Source of the DNA: the human T2T-CHM13v2.0 reference genome, Homo sapiens
Strand: one strand, 5' to 3'
Length of the DNA: 64,000 nt
Assembly (NCBI RefSeq): GCF_009914755.1
Contig: NC_060928.1
Made by a program: the position numbers and the translations under genes. Of this stretch, positions 32,021 through 64,000 are shown piece by piece; within the stretch, counting starts at the first letter, position 1, and every line of letters starts with the position of its first letter. Under the pieces are notes generated by a model that worked only from the letters and a program-made list of their open reading frames with translations, was not told where the DNA came from and did no database searches.

Positions 32021-32298
32021 AGTACTATTAGAAATCTACCTCTAAGATCTGAGAGCCACTCCCTCCAGAAATCTCTGGCAGGATATCATTGATGTATCTT
32101 TTTAGATTCTGGTCATTTAAGCAGTTACAATCTATCTTATGATCTCTTCAACCCACTCTTATTTCTCCACCTTGATCCTGAGGACTCCTGAGAAACCCAG
32201 AAAGTTAATTATCTTTTGAATTGTGTGCCAAAGCATGACTCCCTTCTCTGAACTCTTCTCCTAACCAGATGTGGTCGCTAGCAGCCAATTTTACATGA

Positions 32299-34838
<2,540 letters not shown>

Positions 34839-34884
34839 TCAGTGAAAGCAGATAGTGTCCACCACATTTGATAAGACTGTAGAC

Positions 34885-38937
<4,053 letters not shown>

Positions 38938-39197
38938 CTGTAGACCATAGATCACTTTCCAGCTAAAGGCTCAGGAAGATGGCATACCTCCCTGTGGGCT
39001 ACAGCAGAGACCAAGGCTGCCTTCATGCTCTTCCTCAGGAAGTTGCCAACATCACTACATCATTCAGTTCACAAACAGTTCATTGTGACCTCTTGTGTGT
39101 TGCAAACAGCATGATAGGCCTAGCACATAGTATAGCCCATCTCTTCTTCCTGGGTTTAAGTCAGTCTCCTTCTACTGTCTACCACTGTGTTATATTA

Positions 39198-39653
39198 TTT
39201 TGTACTATATATATTTTTTTTGAGACAGAATCTTGCTATGTTGCCCAGGCTTGTCTTGTACTCTTGGGCTCAAGGGGTCCTCCTGCTTTAGGTCCCCAGT
39301 AGCTGAGATAAGAGGACCATACCCAGTTTATGTATTCTCATTTTTACTTTAAAAGTATTTTATTTATTTTATTTTATTTTTGAGACAGGGCCACTCCTAT
39401 CATCCAGGCTGGAGTGAAGTGGCTTAATCACGTTTTACTGCAGCCTCAACTTCCCAGGTTCAGGAAACTCTCCCACCTCAGCCTCCTGAGTAGCTGGGGC
39501 TACAGGTGTGTGCCACCATGCCAGGATAATTTTTGTAGAAGCAGAGTCCCACTCTGTGGCCCAGGTTGGTCTTGAATTCCCAGGCTCAAGCAATCTTCCC
39601 ACCTTGGCCTCCCAAAGTGTTGGGATTATAGGTGTCAGCCACCACACCAGACC
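39198..39653 (-). mobile_element. Alu monomer and AluJ-like element
   Basis: Alu consensus, diverged. Confidence 0.82.
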
Positions 39654-39850
39654 CAAAATAATTTTAAAACACACAAGTACTATATGAATACAATTTAATT
39701 CTAAAAATCCAGACACACAGAAATATATACAGTAACAAAAGAGAGTCCTCTACACTCCACCCCCAACCACTTTCACTCTGAAAATAGGCATATAAAGTTT
39801 AGAGTGTTACCACCATTCCTGAATTCTGCCACCAAGATCTTCTGGTCAGC

Positions 39851-39892
39851 TTTCTCTGTTTCTCTGTTTCTCTGTTTCTCTGTTTCTCTGTT

Positions 39893-39926
<34 letters not shown>

Positions 39927-39957
39927 TCTTTCCCTCTCTCTTTCCAATCTCTCTCTC
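39851..39957. repeat. (TTTCTCTG)n and (CT)n low-complexity tract, the decayed tail of an Alu fragment at 39960-40025
   Basis: Read directly from the sequence. Confidence 0.88.
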
Positions 39958-40029
39958 TTTAAGAGACAGAGTCTCACTCCATAGCCTCAGCTGGAGTGTA
40001 GTAGCGCAATCATGGTTCACTGTAGTCTA

Positions 40030-40626
40030 CATTTCTGACCACCTTCACTTCTGACCTACCGGCTATAAGTTTGGAAGCTCCCACATCCCCTTAAGGTCTG
40101 ATAATTCACTAGAATGACACAGAACTCAGGAAAGCTCTATATTTGTGATTACGATTTTATTATAAAGGATACGTATCAGAACCAGCCAAATGAAGAGACA
40201 CATGGGGAGAGGTCGGGGAGGGTCCCAAACACAGAGCTGCTGTGCTGTCTCTGGATGTGTCACCTTCTTGACACACTGACGTGTTCATAAACCAGGAAGC
40301 TCCACTGAGGTTCAGTATTCAGTATTGGTGTTCCATTAAGTAGGCATGATTAATTGAATCAACAGCCACAGGAATGGACTCAGACTCTTCCCCTCCCAGG
40401 ACACTGGGTGATATCACATGCCTCAAAGCCCCAACTCTGTAATCACATGATCAGCCCCCTTCCTGAAGCTTTCTAAGGTGCCCAGCATGAGTCACCTCAG
40501 TGTAAACTCAGGTGTGATCTGAGAGCCTCATGAAAAACAAAGATACTCCTATTACTTCGGAAATTACAAGGATTTAGAGTCTCTCCCCAGGAACCACGGA
40601 TGAGGCCAAATTCTCTATTATACAAC
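40030..40626 (-). mobile_element. MER21-family LTR
   Basis: GATAATTCACTAGAATGACACAGAACTCAGGAAAGC motif; ends ATTATACAACA. Confidence 0.7.
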
Positions 40627-42040
<1,414 letters not shown>

Positions 42041-42046
42041 GAATGT

Positions 42047-45765
<3,719 letters not shown>

Positions 45766-46688
45766 CTCCAAAAGACAGTTATAGTTATTATACGTATTTA
45801 AAAACCACGTCAGTAGGGAACAGTTATTACTAGGAACTTAACTGAAAAGTGAGGAATTTTTGGTCAAAATTATTCCAGAGTATGCCAAGAAGTCTAGAGA
45901 ATTAATAGAGTATTTTGGTGTTTCAAAAGGATAGCTGTTATCTGGTCACAGACTAACTTAGTCATTTTCCAAAAAGAAAATCCAAATTCTAATTTGACTT
46001 TTTTTATTTTAGAATATCATCCATGCAACAATTTTTAGTCAAGAATTTATCTGTTTTTAATAAATCTACTAACATTGATTTCACCTTAAAATTTTTTAAC
46101 CATTTATAGATGATTCTTCAATTGATCTTAATATACATTTATATGTGTGTGTTTAGACATATATAATTACATGGCTATGTAAATAAGTTACAAAATTAAA
46201 GCTTTTAACTTTAAGATAAAATTAATCCAATCAGTATATTAAATAAATCAATGTATTTATACTTGAAATTATAATGTAAATATATCCAGAATTTATTTAA
46301 TAAACTATATTATCTTGCATACATATTCATATTTCTCTGTAATTATTATGAGTATAGTCTTTATTGTTTTATTAATTATCACTTTTAGCCAAAGCAACCA
46401 ACTTTTGTTTTTTGCATGGAAGTCTAGAAGACAGTAAACCAAGAAATATCTACCTAATTTTTTTGGTACACATTTTAGACTATCTTCATAAATGTTAAGC
46501 TGGCAAAACAAACCAATATATGATATCATTCAAAGCATTTACACAGTTTATTTTTGCTTGTTTGTTTGCTTATTTTATTTTTTTATCAGATCCCCTATTC
46601 GGAAAAGCACATTTACACATCCTGTTTATAGTCATTTTATAACGTTATAAGAATAAGAATAGATCACATCTGTATTTAGTGACCAGAG

Positions 46689-47905
46689 GTTTTTTTTGTT
46701 TGTTTTGTTTTTGTTTTTAATCACTTGACACTTTACTGAATGCAAAACAAGATTTAGCATCTTTGCCTTCGTTGTACACAGCTGAAGCGTGAGCCCAGGG
46801 AGGGGAGGACTGTCTGGCTTTCCTTGGCGTGGGAGGTGTGCACCCTGCAGTCCTGTCAGTGTTGTGGGAACATCAGCCCATGTTCTATCGGTTGCCATAG
46901 CCCCAAGGATGGGTGTCCTTCCAGTCATCCCACTCCAGAGCTCTGTAGAGTGTTTGTTCATCATCCTCTTCCTCCTTTTCTTCTTGATGTTCCTATTGCT
47001 GAGCCGCTTTTCTGAATTCCTCTGGTGTTGCCTTGGCTATTTCCTGATCTCGTAATGCTCCATATTTCCGATGTTGCTCAACCAGTCACTCACCGTCATA
47101 GTTGCCAGACTTGGATAACCTGCTCCAAATACTTTGGCTTGGGCCGTGTTCTGAGTGAGAATGAAGGGTTTCACTGGAGGCCTCTCCTGGTGAGATGAGT
47201 TAGAAGTTGATGCCTCCTGAAGAGTCTCTTTCTCTCGGGATCTTTATTTCCTGGTCAATGTTCTCAATCTCTTCTAAGCTAATATCAATCCACCGCTGAA
47301 GGTGAAGAAGATAATATTTACAAACACGCTCATCATCTGCTTGACCACTTTCCACAGCAGGTTTCATTTCAGACAACCTATGCTCCAACTCCTTCTTCTG
47401 CTTGTATCTCTCTATTTTACCCTGTCTTCGAGATGCCATAGCAACGAGGCTAGAATAAGCCATGGAGGAATTAGCAGTGTGATTTTCGGCTGAGTTGTTC
47501 TTGGCTTTGGGCAGCTCAAACTCTGCCACATGATAGCAATGACACTGAGTTAAGTGGTTTATAAAGTGTTCTCGAGCCCGCTGCAAATGATCTAGACGCT
47601 TGCTGGAGTTGACTTGTTTCATGGTGAGGGCTCCTTGAAACACTGGCACCACCAGGTACTTCAGGTCGGTGGAAGCAATCTCTTCCAAATCTTCATTTCG
47701 GCTGAACAACTCGAGCTGCGATAACATTTCGGCAGCCTTCTCAAGGAGATCCATCCAGGCCCTTGAACACCTTCTCCTGGACTATCCGGGAATCGGCAGG
47801 TTCAGTCGCTACTTCTACTTCGTCCAGAATCTGTTTGCCGGTTTCCAGCAGCTCGGCGGGGGGCAGCGGGAGCAGTAGTTCGTCTTCAGCAGCCATCTTG
47901 GGGAG
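46689..47905 (-). pseudogene. IGBP1 (alpha4, PP2A regulator) processed pseudogene, probably IGBP1P4
   Basis: Intronless; start MAAEDELLLP at 47896; ORF 47200..47754 matches alpha4 ([30 protein letters not shown]); frameshifts near 47752 and 47217; premature TAG in GNR*NMG; ancestral stop at 46875-46873; AGTAAA signal and decayed poly(A) at 46689-46718. Confidence 0.95.
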
Positions 47906-47936
47906 GGCTTTTTTTTACTTTTCTTTTTCTTTAAAT

Positions 47937-48002
47937 TGCATTGAAGTGGTTCCTTTGAAGACATCACAAGTCTCAGAAGATTAAGATTTTTCCATCATAT
48001 GC
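47937..48002 (-). pseudogene. SNORD42(B)-like C/D box snoRNA retrocopy
   Basis: Minus strand GCATATGATGGAAAAATCTTAATCTTCTGAGACTTGTGATGTCTTCAAAGGAACCACTTCAATGCA: C box ATGATG, D' CTGA, C' GTGATG, guide CAAAGGAACCA complementary to 18S rRNA UGGUUCCUUUG, damaged D box; A-rich tail at 47909-47933. Confidence 0.85.
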
Positions 48003-48532
48003 TATGACCAGAGTTTTGTATCATTTTTTAACTTAAAATTGTTCAAGTATCCAAAGATCATATATCAATTAATGTGTTTTATAAGTTCTTAAAGATTTAA
48101 TAACTTGGAAATTAAAATTTTAATTAACACATTTTATAGTATTACAGGAATTTCACATAATCAAAACCTTTCAAAAGACATCTGTAATTACATTTTTATT
48201 TAATTAAACACCATATTATATTTCCAATCTTAAACAATTTTTGGAAATAATAAGTTATTTGACTCTTAAGCCCAATATAAAAATTTAGAAAGTTTAAAGC
48301 ATTAGAAATTTAACTTCAGTATTATGAAAATTAAAATACAGTGTTAGCATTTTTACATAACAAAATACCATTTTTAACTTTTTCTGTTTAGAAATTTTTG
48401 ATTATTTATGTGGACTAGATATTTCTAGAGTGCACACATGACAACAAAATGATTTTTTTTAAGTCAATTCACCTTTAAAATTTCTTGAGGGAGGATAGGA
48501 GGGAGAAAACAGGAAAAGAAAGTGAGAAGAAT

Positions 48533-56132
<7,600 letters not shown>

Positions 56133-56186
56133 GTTGTGGGTTTTTTTTTTTTTAGATAGTCTTTATCAGGTTGTGGAAATTCCTTC

Positions 56187-61015
<4,829 letters not shown>

Positions 61016-61124
61016 TGAAATAAAGCCTTTGAGAAAAAGTACTCCTTGGATTGTTGCAAGACTATTATCCAGAGTTCTGAAAATGTTGATTTTGACCATT
61101 TTTGCCACTTCTCCTCATTGCTTT

Positions 61125-61777
61125 TGAGAGGTGAAGCCAGCTGGGCTTCTGGGTCCGGTGGGGACTTGGAGAACTTTTCTGTCTAGCTAAAGGATTGTAA
61201 ACACACAAATCAGCTCTCTGTGTCTAGCCAAAGGTTTGTAAGTGCACCAATCAGCACTCTGTAAAAACTGATCAATCAGCACTCTGTAAAATAGACCAAT
61301 CAGCACTCTGTAAAATGGACCAATCAGCAGGACATGGGCAGGGCCAAACAAGGGAATAAAAGCTGGCCACCCAGCTAGCAGGGGCAACCCGCTGGGGTAC
61401 CCTTCCATGCTGTGGATGCTTTGTTCTTTCGCTCTTCACAATAAGTCTTGCGGCTGCTCACTCTTTGTAACACTGACTGCGAAGGTCTGCAGCTGCATTC
61501 CTGAAGTCAGTGAGACCATGAACCCATGGGGAGGAACAAACAACTCTGGATGCCCGTCGCCTTTAAGAGCTGTAACACTCGCTGTGAAGGTCTGCGGCTT
61601 CACTCCTGAAGTCAAGCGAGACCACGAACCCACCAGAAGGAAGAAACTCGACGTATCTGAACATCTGAAGGGACACACCATCTTTAAGAACTGTAACACT
61701 CACCACGAGCGTCCGTGGCTTCATTCTTGAAGTCAGCGAGACCAAGAACCCACTGGAAGGAACCAATTCTGGACACA
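61125..61777 (+). mobile_element. Solo LTR12 (ERV9)
   Basis: TGAGAGGTGAAGCC...GGACACA; tandem CCAATCAGCACTCTGTAAAA units at 61245-61330; AATAAA TATA-like box near 61355; 4-bp TSD CTTT (61121-61124, 61778-61781). Confidence 0.92.
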
Positions 61778-62439
61778 CTTTGACAGAGCAGATTTTTGGA
61801 TGTCCTTACTCTGCTATTGTGGAAGTGCTTCTGGTTAATATGTTTGTTAAATATCCATTCTTATTTCCCATGGGTTTTTTGTTTGTCTTTGTTTTAGCTA
61901 AGAGTGATTTTAATAATGACTATTTTGATATCTCAGGCTCTGCAGGGGGGTTGGAAAGCCACACTTGGAAACGCTCATGCAGGAAATATTTCCAAAATCA
62001 CACAAGAACTGGATTCATAAAGACACCTGTTTCTGCTGCTGCTGCTGCTCTTGCTACACACAGATGCTGCTCCTTTCACCATTATCAGTGCTAGATACTG
62101 GATGTTGTTGCTAGAACCACTGCTCCTTCTGAAAAGTCATTGCCACCATGGCTGCCCCCTGTCCCAGCATTGATTCCACAAAATTCCTACTTCTTTTGAT
62201 TCACCCTTCAGGCTCAAAGTCCAATGCAAGAGAATTCTGATCGATAGAGCTGAGTTAACATGTCTATGCTCTGGGTATATGGGAGCCTGGGAAAGTGATT
62301 TTTAAATTTCTATATTGGGTGGTACTCTTGGTACATCACGACTCATAGGATGGGAATTCTTCAAACATGGGAAATAACTCTCTATATTCCATAAAACCTG
62401 TACAATGTCATAATAAAAATGATGTACTTAATTTTTAAA

Positions 62440-63560
<1,121 letters not shown>

Positions 63561-64000
63561 TTGCACTTTATATTCTTGCTTACTATAATAAATGTTGCTT
63601 ACCATAAGTCTCTTTTAATCTTAGATCCACCTACATTTCCCACTTCTTTTCATGTCATTTACTTGTTGAAGAAATGGGATATTCTTATGAATTTTCCACA
63701 TTTTAGATTTGGATGGTTGCATCTTCATGGTAGTTTAACATGTGCCTTTATTTCTTTTCCTGATTACTGGTAGTTGGTTCTAGATGTGGCTGCTTTTGTT
63801 TGTTGTTGATTTTTTTGGTTTTACCATAGTGCATCTTCGTGGAGATTTTTATTTATTTTTCCTAATTGCAATTGCAATTTGTAGGGTATATTATATTTGT
63901 AGATTCATTTGTCACTTCTGGAAAATTTTAAGCCATTACCTCTTGAAATGTTGCCTCTTACTCTCACTTCTAAAACTCTATTTTTTTTTTTTTTTTTTTT

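Noticed and set aside
61245-61330. Repeat array resembling CRISPR direct repeats
   Set aside because: No unique spacers and no cas genes; these are the standard LTR12 CCAAT units in eukaryotic DNA

Overview
Primate, almost certainly human, genomic DNA; I recognise it as the HNRNPD (AUF1) locus on 4q21. Bases 1-19.3 kb hold most of HNRNPD on the minus strand. Eight coding exons join through canonical GT-AG sites into 1068 nt (355 aa, the p45 isoform), with cassette exons 2 (57 nt) and 7 (147 nt). A 107-nt non-coding 3'UTR exon is predicted to trigger NMD, and the last exon lies outside the window. A CpG-island bidirectional promoter sits at about 18.4-19.9 kb. The remaining 44 kb is repeat-dense intergenic DNA: dozens of Alus, L1/L2, solo LTRs (MER52, MER9, MLT1, MER21, LTR12), a near-full-length Charlie3/MER1 hAT transposon fossil, an IGBP1 processed pseudogene and a SNORD42-like retrocopy. 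The most unusual observations are (1) a multi-template insertion inside an Alu at 38.4-38.65 kb, built from an inverted copy of DNA 2 kb away, a piece copied from 0.8 kb upstream and a fold-back hairpin; (2) a snoRNA retrocopy and an mRNA retrocopy lying head-to-tail inside one target-site duplication; (3) the splice-signal design of the HNRNPD 3'UTR poison exon, plus candidate poison exons in intron 2. There is no prokaryotic or CRISPR-type system. All calls were made by eye; repeat subfamily names and boundaries are approximate unless a TSD fixes them.
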